Below are positions 1 to 9,660 of a stretch of DNA of 64,000 bases, one piece after another. The translations under genes were made by a program, and so were the position numbers. The DNA comes from Bacteroidia bacterium (lineage in GTDB: Bacteria > Bacteroidota > Bacteroidia > CAILMK01 > JACPUW01), in the NCBI GenBank assembly GCA_049115495.1, contig JAGDZV010000001.1:370947-434946 (forward strand). Reading direction: 5' to 3'. The notes under the pieces are model-generated. The model saw only the letters and a list, made by a program, of their open reading frames with translations, made no database searches and was not told the origin of the DNA. Position 1 is the first letter of the stretch. Every line of letters begins with the position of its first letter.

Positions 1-343
1 CGTAATCTTCAATCCATACTATTGGGTTATTTTCAACCACGGCTCCCTTAACTGTAACCCTGTATCTACCAGCTGCCGGAACATCTACATCATATTCAAA
101 CCATTGTGGTTCATTCGTATTTATTAAAGTAACCACGTCTGTTCCCGACATTACTTGTTTCTCACTAACATCTGAAGCCAAATATTCGCTTGCCTTAATA
201 AGTACTGACTGTGATTGCTTTTCTTTTACAACTTCTATTGTTGTTTCTTCTTCGGCACCTTCAGCTGCTTCCTTTTTTGAACCATCGTTTTTACAAGAAA
301 AGAAAACAAAAGCCGACAATAATATTATTGGTAAAACTCTCAT
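1..343 (-). CDS. Partial gene whose 3' end runs off the window. It encodes a hypothetical lipoprotein with a signal peptide and a lipobox Cys (MRVLPIILLSAFVFFSCKNDG), and may carry a CBM-like beta-sandwich.
   Basis: The reverse strand reads ATG at 341-343, giving MRVLPIILLSAFVFFSCKND...EPQWFEYDVDVPAAGRYRVTVKGAV.... The reading frame is open to position 1. The hydrophobic leader followed by Cys is typical of lipoproteins. The motif W-x-EYDVxVPxAGxY resembles CBM6/CBM35-type sugar-binding modules, but this is weak. Confidence 0.45.
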   Translation of the reverse strand, partial: MRVLPIILLSAFVFFSCKNDGSKKEAAEGAEEETTIEVVKEKQSQSVLIKASEYLASDVSEKQVMSGTDVVTLINTNEPQWFEYDVDVPAAGRYRVTVKGAVVENNPIVWIEDY

Positions 344-350
344 TCTATTT

Positions 351-1907
351 TTATTTTACAAGTTGTTCTTCTAGTTCTTCTAGAGACTTTCCTTTTGTTT
401 CAGGTAACTTCATTATTATGAAGACTAAGCCCAAGGCGGCAAAAACTCCATAAATTAAGAATGTTGAAGATGTACCCAAGGCTTGAAGCTCCCAAGGAAA
501 TACCAATTGAACACCAAAACTGATGGCCGAATTAACAACCCCCACAAAGGAAATAGCAATACCCCTGATCATATTAGGGAATAGCTCAGAAAATAACACC
601 CACATAACCGGTCCTACTGACATTGCAAACGAAGCCACAAATCCAAGAATACCAATAAGTATAAGTAGTGAATTAACTTTAACAGCGGCGGTAATTATAA
701 CTGACTCATTTGCTAAAAGTGCATCTTCTCCAATAGCTTTAATTACTGCTGATTTATATTCTAAATCACTTTCATAGGTGGTACCTGCCAATGGCAAAAG
801 TTTTTCAGTTTCTACTGTTTCAGGCAAAGCTGCGATGCTCTCTTCGGTAAGCGTATAAGTAGCCGATCCAAAGCCATATGAAAGTAAGAACATACAAAGG
901 GCTATTCCCGTTACACCAATTACCAATAGTGGCTTACGTCCTAACTTGTCAATAGTAAAAATGGCTAAAACAGTGAATGCTAGGTTAACCAAACCCACCA
1001 ATATGGCTTGTACAAACGAAGCATCAGTTCCTATACCTGATTGCTCAAAAATCATGGGAGCGTAAAAGAAAACTGAGTTAATACCAGTAATCTGCTGTAA
1101 TACCCCGATAACCACACCAATGGTTAACACCAATCTAAGCGCTGGCTTAAATAGATCTTTAAGTTTAGCCTCGTCTTTATCTTTATCTTTTGATAAGTTG
1201 TCTTTTATTTCTTCAATTAGCACAGAAGCATGTTCTTCTCCATTTGTCTTTTTAAGTATGGTATGTGCTTCGTCATACTCTCCTTTCATTGCCAACCAAC
1301 GCGGACTTTTAGGCACAATAAATAACCCAAAGAAATAAAGAATTGCAGGCACGCACTCTAGACCGAGCATCCAACGCCATTGGTGGTCATGAAACCCCCA
1401 ATCAACGGTCCATGGAGCATCTGAACTACCCCATTTCAAAATCAAATAGTTACTAAAGAAAGCTGCCGAAATACCAACCACAATATTCAACTGGTTAAAC
1501 GACACCATGGTTCCTCTCATTTTAGGAGGTGCAATCTCAGCAATATACATTGGAGCAATAATTAAAGACGCTCCTACGCCAAATCCACCAATCATTCTTG
1601 CAATTACAAGAAAAGTAAAGTTTGGCGCCATTGCAGAACCAAGGGCTGAAACAAAATATAGTAATGATGCGTAAACAAGAACTTGTTTTCTTCCTATTTT
1701 ATCGCTTATAGGACCTGCTGTAAGCATGGCCAATGTACTTGTAAGTGTAAGCGAACTTACTGCCCACCCAAGCTGAAGTTTGGTTAATTCAAATTCAAGT
1801 TCAATAAACTTGTTTACTCCGGAGATCACGGATGCATCAAAACCCATTAAAAAGCCACCTAAGGCTACAATAAGGGCAATGAGCACTAACTGATTCTTTT
1901 TTCCCAT
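351..1907 (-). CDS. MFS sugar porter, a sugar:H+ symporter of the XylE/GalP family.
   Basis: Twelve-TM MFS layout. It has the conserved sugar-porter signatures GRKQVLVYASLLYFVSALGSAMAPN, ARMIGGFGVGASLIIAPMYIAEIAPPKMRG and PESPRWL-like (PKSPRWLAMKG). Confidence 0.85.
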   Translation of the reverse strand: MGKKNQLVLIALIVALGGFLMGFDASVISGVNKFIELEFELTKLQLGWAVSSLTLTSTLAMLTAGPISDKIGRKQVLVYASLLYFVSALGSAMAPNFTFLVIARMIGGFGVGASLIIAPMYIAEIAPPKMRGTMVSFNQLNIVVGISAAFFSNYLILKWGSSDAPWTVDWGFHDHQWRWMLGLECVPAILYFFGLFIVPKSPRWLAMKGEYDEAHTILKKTNGEEHASVLIEEIKDNLSKDKDKDEAKLKDLFKPALRLVLTIGVVIGVLQQITGINSVFFYAPMIFEQSGIGTDASFVQAILVGLVNLAFTVLAIFTIDKLGRKPLLVIGVTGIALCMFLLSYGFGSATYTLTEESIAALPETVETEKLLPLAGTTYESDLEYKSAVIKAIGEDALLANESVIITAAVKVNSLLILIGILGFVASFAMSVGPVMWVLFSELFPNMIRGIAISFVGVVNSAISFGVQLVFPWELQALGTSSTFLIYGVFAALGLVFIIMKLPETKGKSLEELEEQLVK

Positions 1908-2020
1908 AAATCGATTGTTTTGATATTTACTTTAAACTAAATGCCTGTTAAAAAAGGTTACTAACAAATATATAAGTCTTTTTTACTTATGGTATTTTTT
2001 ACAATAAGAAATTGAGACAC

Positions 2021-2057
2021 AAAAAAGCCCTGAAGGTTGATTCAGGGCTTTTTGTTT
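2021..2057. terminator. Intrinsic-terminator-like hairpin with an 8-bp perfect stem (GCCCTGAA/TTCAGGGC) and a 6-nt loop, flanked by an A-run and a T-run. It could act in both directions.
   Basis: AAAAAAGCCCTGAAGGTTGATTCAGGGCTTTTTGTTT is read directly from the sequence. It lies just downstream of the minus-strand kinase gene. Confidence 0.5.
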
Positions 2058-2080
2058 ATTAATTTTTTTTATCTACTTCA

Positions 2081-2917
2081 TTAATTGTGATACTTAAGCA
2101 AATGCTCTACAGGTCTTCTGATTATTCTACCCATTTGAATTCTGTGATTATTTGCGGCTTTTCTTAGAACATTTTCAAAGAAAAAAGCGATAGAACCTAC
2201 AAAATGTACCGGCACATTTTTAAAGTTTTTATACTGCCAAATATGAATATCTATAAAGCGAGATAAACCATGATATACCATGTCTTGAATATATCTATCT
2301 TCTCTATTGTCACTTAAAAACTTCATAAAACTCGCCAAATAAACATTAGCATGCGGCTTCATGTAAACTCCGTTAAAAACGTCATCGCTGGTAAGCTCTG
2401 GAAATTCTTTTTCGAATAGGATTTGAATATGGGCAGGCAATTGTTTGTACAAGTATCTTGACAATAGCTGCTTTCCAAAATAAGAACCGCTGCCTTCGTC
2501 TCCAAGTATGTAGCCCAACGCCGGAACTTCTTCATGGATTTTCTCTCCATCAAAATAGGCTGAGTTTGAACCTGTTCCTAAAATGCATGCAATGCCAGGC
2601 TTACCATGGCAGGCGGCGTAAACAGCACCATCAAGGTCATGCTCAACAAGCATTTTGGCATTTGGAAATATTTTACTAAGACCTTCTTTGGCAATACCTT
2701 TTAGTCTATCTGATGAGCATCCTGCACCATAGAAATAAAGTTCTTTTACATCCTTGGCTTTGGCCAAAATATCATCATAGTTTTTAAGATCATTGGCTAT
2801 ATAATCAGCACTATGAAACATTGGATTGTAACCTGGTGTAGAAACTTCTATTTGCTCTTTGCCATCGGTCAGAATCCAATCGCACTTGGTAGATCCACTA
2901 TCTGCAACAACTAACAT
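2081..2917 (-). CDS. BadF/BadG/BcrA/BcrD-type ATPase, N-acetylglucosamine-kinase-like sugar kinase.
   Basis: N-terminal MLVVADSGSTKCDW matches the ASKHA phosphate-1 motif (DxGxT). The length and the pattern LGTGSNS...GDEGSG are typical of the GlcNAc-kinase/BadF family. Confidence 0.7.
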   Translation of the reverse strand: MLVVADSGSTKCDWILTDGKEQIEVSTPGYNPMFHSADYIANDLKNYDDILAKAKDVKELYFYGAGCSSDRLKGIAKEGLSKIFPNAKMLVEHDLDGAVYAACHGKPGIACILGTGSNSAYFDGEKIHEEVPALGYILGDEGSGSYFGKQLLSRYLYKQLPAHIQILFEKEFPELTSDDVFNGVYMKPHANVYLASFMKFLSDNREDRYIQDMVYHGLSRFIDIHIWQYKNFKNVPVHFVGSIAFFFENVLRKAANNHRIQMGRIIRRPVEHLLKYHN

Positions 2918-2993
2918 AGCTGCAAATTAAAGTATGAACTCAGTAGAATGAAATTTTAAGAGTTCATTTGATGAAAATTTCTCGAATATATTT

Positions 2994-3971
2994 TTAAAAC
3001 GAAAGGATGTTTGAGATTCTGATCAAATCTTCATTGATCTTAGGTTTATTTTCAATTGCTTCCTTTAAAGGAATATGAACAATTTTTTCGCTCTCAATTC
3101 CTACCATTTTACCGGCATGCCCGTCAAGCAATGCTTCAACCGATGCTACACCAAGTCTACTTGCAAGTAATCTATCAAAGGCACTTGGTTTACCACCTCT
3201 TTGAATATGCCCCAGAATTGAAACCCTGATATCAAATTGCGGAAACTTTTCTCCAATTCTCTTAGCAATATCATATGGGCCACCATTTGGGTTTCCTTCG
3301 GCCACTATAATTATATTGGATTTCTTGTTTTCATTGATTCCTTTGCGAAGCAGTACAAATAGCTCTCCATCGCTCATTGATTTTTCAGGAATAAGCATGG
3401 CTTTTGCTCCGCTACCTACTCCGCACCTAAGAGCAATAAAACCTGCGTTTCGACCCATTACTTCAACTAAAAATAATCTATCGTGACTTGATGCCGTATC
3501 TCTAATTTTATCTAGGGCATCTAAAGCAGTATTCACTGCTGTATCGTAACCGATGGTATAATCGGTACCGTAAATATCATTGTCAATGGTTGCGGGAACT
3601 CCAACAACAGGAATACCAAATTCTTGACTAAAAATAGTTGCTCCCGTAAAAGTACCATCACCACCAATTGTAACTAAACCATCTACATTGTTGGCCACTA
3701 AATTGTCATAGGCTTTTTGTCTGCCTTCTTTGGTTCTAAAGGCTTCACTTCTTGCTGTGTACAACATTGTTCCACCTTGTGCCAAAATATAACTTACTGA
3801 GCGAGATGTAAGCTGTGTGAATTCATTATTAACCAAGCCATCATAGCCTCCGTAATAGCCAAAAACTTCTAGATTATAGTATTTACATGACCTTACTACT
3901 GCTCGTAAACAAGCATTCATTCCCGGTGCATCGCCCCCTGATGTAATTACCGCAATTCGTTTAATGCTCAT
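2994..3971 (-). CDS. pfkA: ATP-dependent 6-phosphofructokinase.
   Basis: IAVITSGGDAPGMNA, GGDGTFTGA, MGRNAGFIAL and PEK motifs are present. Compared with E. coli PfkA (MIKKIGVLTSGG...), the likely start is MSIKRIAVIT at 3971. The longest ORF starts at 3989. Confidence 0.9.
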   Translation of the reverse strand: MSIKRIAVITSGGDAPGMNACLRAVVRSCKYYNLEVFGYYGGYDGLVNNEFTQLTSRSVSYILAQGGTMLYTARSEAFRTKEGRQKAYDNLVANNVDGLVTIGGDGTFTGATIFSQEFGIPVVGVPATIDNDIYGTDYTIGYDTAVNTALDALDKIRDTASSHDRLFLVEVMGRNAGFIALRCGVGSGAKAMLIPEKSMSDGELFVLLRKGINENKKSNIIIVAEGNPNGGPYDIAKRIGEKFPQFDIRVSILGHIQRGGKPSAFDRLLASRLGVASVEALLDGHAGKMVGIESEKIVHIPLKEAIENKPKINEDLIRISNILSF

Positions 3972-4127
3972 GATAGAAATTTTGTGCAAAGATAGCGCTT
4001 AGTGTACAAAGTACACTTTTATTATAGCCTTGATAGATTTTATATCAAATTAGCACAAGATTTTGTCTAGTTTGCAGCTGTTTTAATACCAACTTCATAA
4101 TTTTAGTAACACAAAAAAGAGAAATAC

Positions 4128-4901
4128 ATGCCACACGGATTTTTAATTGATATGGATGGGGTGATCTATATTGAAAACAAACTGATTACCGGAGCTGGAG
4201 ATTTTATTGAAAGGCTTAAAAAAGAGAATATTCCATTTACATTTATGACCAACAATAGCCAACGCAGCCCGCTTGATGGTGTGCGCAAATTGGCAAAAAT
4301 GGGTATAGAAATAGAAGAAAAACATGTTTATACAAGCGCCATGGCAACTTCTCACTTTATGGCGCAGCAGTTTCCAAACGGTACCGCTTTTGTACTTGGT
4401 GAAGGTGGGCTTGTAAATAGCCTTCATGAAAACGGGTTTTCGATGGTGCAAAACGATCCGGATTTTGTTGTGGTTGGAGAAGGAATCAATTTTACACTTG
4501 AAATGGTGAAAAATGCTATTGACTTTATTTTAGAAGGTTCAAAACTAATTGCAACTAACCTTGATCCATCGCCCAGAAAACAAGGCTGGAACAACCTTGG
4601 TATTGCTGGCATTGTAGCCATGATTGAAAAAGCAACCGGAAAAACCGCTTTTAGTGTTGGTAAGCCATCATCAGTAATGATGAGACTTGCCAGAAAACAC
4701 ATTGGCTTAAAAACTGATGAAGTAACCGTAATTGGAGATACTATGGGCACCGATATTTTGGGCGGAGTGGCCGTAGGTTATAAAACGGTTTTAACCCTAA
4801 GCGGAATGACCAAGCGCGAGCAATTGGTAGATTTTCCTTTTAAACCTGATATGATTATAGACTCTATTGCCGATATTGAATTACCCTTACCTTGGATGTA
4901 A
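4128..4901 (+). CDS. HAD-superfamily hydrolase, subfamily IIA (NagD/UMP-phosphatase-like sugar phosphatase).
   Basis: N-terminal FLIDMDGVIY matches HAD motif I (DxDG). The ~257-aa length and the C-terminal GDTMGTDILGG (HAD-IIA motif IV) fit. Confidence 0.8.
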   Translation: MPHGFLIDMDGVIYIENKLITGAGDFIERLKKENIPFTFMTNNSQRSPLDGVRKLAKMGIEIEEKHVYTSAMATSHFMAQQFPNGTAFVLGEGGLVNSLHENGFSMVQNDPDFVVVGEGINFTLEMVKNAIDFILEGSKLIATNLDPSPRKQGWNNLGIAGIVAMIEKATGKTAFSVGKPSSVMMRLARKHIGLKTDEVTVIGDTMGTDILGGVAVGYKTVLTLSGMTKREQLVDFPFKPDMIIDSIADIELPLPWM

Positions 4902-4997
4902 ATTTCCACTGCTTTTTAACAAACTCAAGTACTACTTAGGGTAAAAAGTACTATAATTGCCTATGCCTAATCAGGCATTTGATGTGGGATTTGTAGA

Positions 4998-5027
4998 AGA
5001 GTCGGCTTTGCCGGCTCTTTTTTTTTC
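4998..5027 (+). terminator. Intrinsic-terminator-like hairpin GAGTCGGC-TTT-GCCGGCTC followed by T10.
   Basis: Read directly from the sequence, about 100 bp after the stop of the HAD hydrolase gene. Confidence 0.45.
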
Positions 5028-5104
5028 AAATAAGTAAAAAGCTTATCGATATTTTTTAGGCGCAAAAGCAACCTCCAATAATTTCGTTGTCAATTACTAG
5101 CTAC

Positions 5105-5935
5105 ATGAAGTATTTAATATTCATTTTGATGTTTGTGCTCTGTTTTATTAAAACTGAAGCGCAAGACAATGACACCAACAAGGTGTTCTTTATTAAAAAG
5201 TACTATTTAAAACAACAAGCCAAAGCCGTTGCCAATGCCAAAAAGTTTGACACTTATAGAGTAACTGGTTTAAGCTTGGGCTATGCTTCTACGCAAGATA
5301 CTCGAATGGCTTTACCTATTTATTCTGGAGCTTCGCTTGGTGCAAATGTGTCGTGGCGTGAGTTTAGCGAAAAATGGTATAGCGAACTCAACTTTGAATT
5401 TGCGTACACAAATCCGTCTTTCGAGGGCGGAAGCTTAAGTTCTTACACACATCTTAGAATGCTTAGCAATATGAGCTTTTTAAGAAAGTTAAATCAAAAC
5501 AAATTTTATTTAGGGGCGGGAATTCACTTTGTTGATGGCCTAAGAATTTATGGTTTTATAGGTAACAGTTCATTCAATAACGATTTAGTTGTAAGTATAA
5601 ACCCTGAGCTTAAATATCAATCAGCTTTTTCTTTATTTAAAAGGCAGTTCAACTACTACACCGGTATTTCTATAAACGGGTTTAGCTATGTGAATAGAAC
5701 CCCATCTTTTGCTACTGGCCTTGACGGGGCACATAATTATTTTGCACCAATAGGTCAGTTTAATAGAGTAAGAATGGCTACGGGTTTGCATTGGAGAAAA
5801 AGGTTTAGCCAAGAGAATAGAATGGGCTTAGAATACAGTTGGGACTTTTACTCTTTAAACGAAAATGATGGGCAAGTTAAATTAAGGTCTGCACAACATT
5901 TAATTTCACTCAACTATTGGTTTAAAACAAGATAA
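5105..5935 (+). CDS. Hypothetical secreted protein, possibly an outer-membrane beta-barrel.
   Basis: Signal peptide MKYLIFILMFVLCFIKTEAQ. The body is rich in aromatic residues and Gly with alternating hydrophobic residues, and the protein ends ...LNYWFKTR. I do not recognise a family. The stop is 1 bp before the next ATG. Confidence 0.4.
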   Translation: MKYLIFILMFVLCFIKTEAQDNDTNKVFFIKKYYLKQQAKAVANAKKFDTYRVTGLSLGYASTQDTRMALPIYSGASLGANVSWREFSEKWYSELNFEFAYTNPSFEGGSLSSYTHLRMLSNMSFLRKLNQNKFYLGAGIHFVDGLRIYGFIGNSSFNNDLVVSINPELKYQSAFSLFKRQFNYYTGISINGFSYVNRTPSFATGLDGAHNYFAPIGQFNRVRMATGLHWRKRFSQENRMGLEYSWDFYSLNENDGQVKLRSAQHLISLNYWFKTR

Positions 5936-5936
5936 C

Positions 5937-6941
5937 ATGAAAAAGCTACTTAATTTAACCCTCTTAATAGTATTACTTACATCTTGTGAGCGAGCTTTCT
6001 TTGAAGAAGTTCCTGAAAATACCCCAAAAAGTATTTTTGAGCAAACTTGGAACTTCGCCAACGAAGAATACAGTTTTTTCAGATTTAAAGGCATTGATTG
6101 GGATTCTGTTTATACGATTTACGAACCTAAAATTAGCAATGAAATGAGCGATGAAGCGCTATTTGATACCTTATCAAATATGCTTTACTTGCTTAGAGAC
6201 GGACACGTAAACTTAAAGAGCGACTTTAACAGATCAAGAAACTGGACTTGGTATCTAGATTATGCCGACAATTTTGATCAATATGTTTTAGAACGGAATT
6301 ATTTTAAACAAGAGCAGCAGTTTGTTGGGCCATTTGTGGTTTACGACTTTGGCAATGTTGGTTATGTATACTATTCAAGTTTTGGCAGTTCTGTTGGTTC
6401 TAGTGATATGAACTATATAATTGAGAAATTCAAAGATCACAAAGGACTTATAATTGATGTAAGAAACAACTTTGGAGGCTCTTTGGGAAATGTGAGCGCC
6501 ATTGGCGAAAGATTTATTGACAGCACAACTGTGGTTGCATTTACAAGAGCTAAAAATGGTACAGAAAGAAATGATTTTAGCGACTTTGAAGACTTTGAGT
6601 TTACTTTTCGCGAAAATCAGAGTCATTTCAACAAACCAGTGGTTGTTTTAACAAACAGAAAAAGCTATAGCGCCGGAAACTATTTTCCTACATGTATGAG
6701 CGCGTTAGATAATGTTACCATTATGGGCGATGTAACCGGCGGTGGAGGTGGTGCCCCCTCATTTATTGAATTGACCAACGGTTGGCTTTTAAGAGTAAGC
6801 ACTACACAACTTTTTACCACTAAAGGCGTGAATACCGAAGATGGTTTAACGCCAGATATTCTTTATGGCGATACTGATACCGAAATGAAAGCTGGTAAAG
6901 ATGTAATTCTAGAAGCAGCCATTGAATTTCTTAACAATTAG
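5937..6941 (+). CDS. S41-family peptidase-like lipoprotein (C-terminal processing or tricorn-core-type domain).
   Basis: Lipobox LLTSCER. The block LIIDVRNNFGGSLGN...VVVLTNRKSYSAGNYFPTCMSALDNVTIMGDVTGGGGGAPS matches the S41 catalytic-domain signature (the Ser-containing GG region and the Lys-containing region). Confidence 0.6.
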   Translation: MKKLLNLTLLIVLLTSCERAFFEEVPENTPKSIFEQTWNFANEEYSFFRFKGIDWDSVYTIYEPKISNEMSDEALFDTLSNMLYLLRDGHVNLKSDFNRSRNWTWYLDYADNFDQYVLERNYFKQEQQFVGPFVVYDFGNVGYVYYSSFGSSVGSSDMNYIIEKFKDHKGLIIDVRNNFGGSLGNVSAIGERFIDSTTVVAFTRAKNGTERNDFSDFEDFEFTFRENQSHFNKPVVVLTNRKSYSAGNYFPTCMSALDNVTIMGDVTGGGGGAPSFIELTNGWLLRVSTTQLFTTKGVNTEDGLTPDILYGDTDTEMKAGKDVILEAAIEFLNN

Positions 6942-7015
6942 CGTTTTCAACTTTGCTTAGTTGTAAAATTTCTTTGTTAAAAGCTAATTTTTGGCTTTAA
7001 CTCAATGTCAAATAA

Positions 7016-7044
7016 GAAGTGCTTTTCCTTCTGAAAAGCACTTC
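7016..7044. terminator. Bidirectional intrinsic terminator with a 12-bp perfect stem (GAAGTGCTTTTC/GAAAAGCACTTC) and a 5-nt loop, sitting between convergent genes.
   Basis: Read directly from the sequence. It lies between the 3' end of the S41 peptidase gene (+) and the 3' end of gldM (-). Confidence 0.5.
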
Positions 7045-7077
7045 TCTGAAATCAAGCTCCCGTTTGATTTATAATTT

Positions 7078-8712
7078 CTATTTGATTGTAAACGTGAGTG
7101 AGCCAGGTAGCATTACTTCTTCGCCAAACCCCACAGGCTTAGCATAGATTTGATAAATACTGAATACATCGCCACTTCTTGCAGCGTTAAATCTATTCTT
7201 TAATTCAGAAGGTATGGCTTGTGAGCTACTGGTTCCCGTAGTTGCGTTACCCCTTGTAGGGCTGTAAATGAAACCATACTTGGTTATTTTGTAACGTACC
7301 CCGTCAAATAAAAACTCAGAATCCATTGTTGCCAATACTCTTCCTACCGATTGCAACTCAGCCTTTGATATTTGCCCACCTGTTTTATTATTTATGTTAG
7401 CATAAGGTTTTGGTACATTCTTTATTCTAAACTCTTGCGGGCTTAAGCTTCTTGTAGTTCCATCGTCCATTCTTACAGCAACATTGATTTTACAAGTTCT
7501 TTGTGTTCTTCTATTTATTTTAACCTTGTATAGCCCATCATTTGTTCTTCTTAGCGACCCCAAGCTGGCTGGGCTTAGAGAAACCTGAACCCTATTGGGT
7601 TCAAAACCAGGAACTGAAACCGAAACGGGGTTTTCTAAACCTACGTAAAAAACATTCATTTTCTCTGCTGAAACTATGGCTGGTGTATTAAACCCTTCAT
7701 ATGATAGCTCGGTATCGTACTCTTCTGTAATTCCTGTTTTTGGATTCAAAAGACTAATCTTAACTGACTTTTTTACAGCACCATTTTGGGTAACAGGAAT
7801 TCTATATTTCCCGGTTGATCCATTAAGTTCAACTTTTTGGCCATCAACTTCAATTGTAGGAGTTACTGATGTTATTTGAGCTCCAAGAAAAATATCTGCT
7901 TCATAACTGCCTCCAATGGGTACTGCTTTGCTCGTAGGCATAACCATGGCTTGAAGTCCGTTTATTGGCTGACCACCACCCATAAAATCTGCTGTTAGTT
8001 TATTTATGACCATTGACTCAGTATTCCTTAGGTCGTTTTGCATTTTAGTTAAAATGGCCAATGCCGCACCCAAGGGAACGTTGTTAAATGTGGCAAACTC
8101 CCAGTTTCGTTTAGAGAGTTCGGGGTTTTCAGCATCGTCTTTTGCACTTAAGGTAAAAGCAGCTTTAAATGTTTCAAGCTCTTCTTCTTTGGTACCTGGC
8201 AGGTCTTTAAATAATGAAATTAGTTTATCGTTGGTATAATAAACCAGTTCCTTCAGCTTTTTACCATAAGCTCTATTTGGGTTGTTTGGGTCAGCAAGTA
8301 GCCTTGATGGCACATCGGTATTCTCTTCATCTACCAGTACCAGCATGTTTGATCCTTTATAAGATTCAGGCCCACCATCATACAGTTGATTCTTTTCTGC
8401 CTCAACCATTAACTTCTTTATTGATTCTATTTTATTGTAAAGAGAATCTGATAGCTCAACGGCACTTTGCACTTTAATTAAATGCACCTGAGCCATTGAA
8501 TCATTTTCCATTCTGCTCACTTGCTGCGTAAAATTCAACACATCCCTTTCAATTTTTTGTTCGGTAGACATTACTGTTTCAGCAATTCCTGAAGTTAAAT
8601 TATTAAATGCCTGAAGCACTTCTCTTGATACATTTAGCGCAAGCAACGCTGTTAAAACTAGGTACATCATACCTATCATTCTTTGTCTTGGGGTTTCTTT
8701 AATTCCTGCCAT
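7078..8712 (-). CDS. gldM: GldM/PorM-family protein, a T9SS and gliding-motility component.
   Basis: The N-terminus MAGIKETPRQRMIGMMYLVLTALLALNVSREVLQAF is almost identical in pattern to F. johnsoniae GldM (MAGGKLTPRQKMINLMYLVFIAMLALNMSKEVLSAF). It has a single N-terminal TM and a ~540-aa periplasmic body, as GldM/PorM does. Confidence 0.8.
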   Translation of the reverse strand: MAGIKETPRQRMIGMMYLVLTALLALNVSREVLQAFNNLTSGIAETVMSTEQKIERDVLNFTQQVSRMENDSMAQVHLIKVQSAVELSDSLYNKIESIKKLMVEAEKNQLYDGGPESYKGSNMLVLVDEENTDVPSRLLADPNNPNRAYGKKLKELVYYTNDKLISLFKDLPGTKEEELETFKAAFTLSAKDDAENPELSKRNWEFATFNNVPLGAALAILTKMQNDLRNTESMVINKLTADFMGGGQPINGLQAMVMPTSKAVPIGGSYEADIFLGAQITSVTPTIEVDGQKVELNGSTGKYRIPVTQNGAVKKSVKISLLNPKTGITEEYDTELSYEGFNTPAIVSAEKMNVFYVGLENPVSVSVPGFEPNRVQVSLSPASLGSLRRTNDGLYKVKINRRTQRTCKINVAVRMDDGTTRSLSPQEFRIKNVPKPYANINNKTGGQISKAELQSVGRVLATMDSEFLFDGVRYKITKYGFIYSPTRGNATTGTSSSQAIPSELKNRFNAARSGDVFSIYQIYAKPVGFGEEVMLPGSLTFTIK

Positions 8713-8955
8713 TGTTTTTAGATTTATTGGGTTAGCAAAGACACACCTCTCCCATTCTCTATAATTTGGCTTGCAAGCATTAATAAAAGTGGGGAGCTTT
8801 AAAAGATGTTCTTCATAGCTTTATGATCCAACATTAAAAAGGTAACCCAGTAGTAACTGATTTTTTTGAATTTGACCTTTAAAACAAAAGCTCTATTAAG
8901 AAAAATCGGCATTTAAAAGCATGCTAGCTTTTAACAGAAAAGTTATAAATAAATT

Positions 8956-9660
8956 TTATCTAAGCTTCCACAATCGCCACCATGCCGTTGCAGGCGAATC
9001 ATGATGCTCATAGTGATAACCAAAAAAATAACACGTTAAAAAAGCTACCAAATGATTCTTTTTTTGAGATCTAGAATTGTGTTTGTTATTGGAATCATGC
9101 TGTCCACGATGTGGTAAATAGGTGCCAAAATAGAACAACTGCATTGTAGCAAGTATTGAAGGAATTATCCAATAAAGCACTAAGTTTTCTTTTGCCACCC
9201 AAATACTTATTACATTAAATGTAATTGCCGCTAAGATAATCTGCCACCAACTTATGTATTCTTTCATAAAGTCAAAAAACCAAATAAAGAAGTTTGGATG
9301 GCCATTATGATAATCAGGATCATTTTGAGTACCGGCATGCTTGTGGTGTAAATGGTGTTTTGGATAAAGTGTTTTGTAAGAATTAAACAAAAACAGAGTT
9401 GCACAAACCTTACCAATAATGTGGTTGAGTTTTGGACGCTCAGGGGCCACAGTACCGTGCATGGCATCATGTGCAGTAATAAACAAGCCTGTAAATAAAT
9501 GAGCCTGAATGAAAATTAAAACGTAGCTGAGTGGATTTAACCAATCAATTGAAGTGCTAAGGTTGATGTACAATACAAGTGCCCATAATGCCATAACAAT
9601 AAATGCTACAAAAATTCCTACACCTTGTTTTTGCCGTGGTAACTTAATTGTTTCTTGCAT
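8956..9660 (-). CDS. crtW: Beta-carotene 4-ketolase (CrtW-type fatty-acid-desaturase-like di-iron enzyme).
   Basis: Histidine boxes AHDAMHG, HHLHHKH and HYEHH are present. GTYLPHR...LTCYFFGYHYEHHDSPATAWWRLWK aligns with Paracoccus CrtW (GTWLPHR...LTCFHFGGYHHEHHLHPTVPWWRL). Confidence 0.85.
   Translation of the reverse strand: MQETIKLPRQKQGVGIFVAFIVMALWALVLYINLSTSIDWLNPLSYVLIFIQAHLFTGLFITAHDAMHGTVAPERPKLNHIIGKVCATLFLFNSYKTLYPKHHLHHKHAGTQNDPDYHNGHPNFFIWFFDFMKEYISWWQIILAAITFNVISIWVAKENLVLYWIIPSILATMQLFYFGTYLPHRGQHDSNNKHNSRSQKKNHLVAFLTCYFFGYHYEHHDSPATAWWRLWKLR

Noticed and set aside
211-453. 80-aa + strand ORF with a Leu-rich low-complexity sequence.
   Set aside because: It overlaps the 5' end of the MFS transporter and the partial lipoprotein gene on the opposite strand. 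Its poly-Leu/Ser composition reflects the antisense of coding DNA.
8713-8955. Checked the 243-bp gap upstream of gldM for a hidden gldL, a tRNA or a small RNA.
   Set aside because: It has no ORF of 60 aa or more, no tRNA-like GGTTCGAAT/T-loop signature, and no cloverleaf. It is probably just the gldM promoter region.
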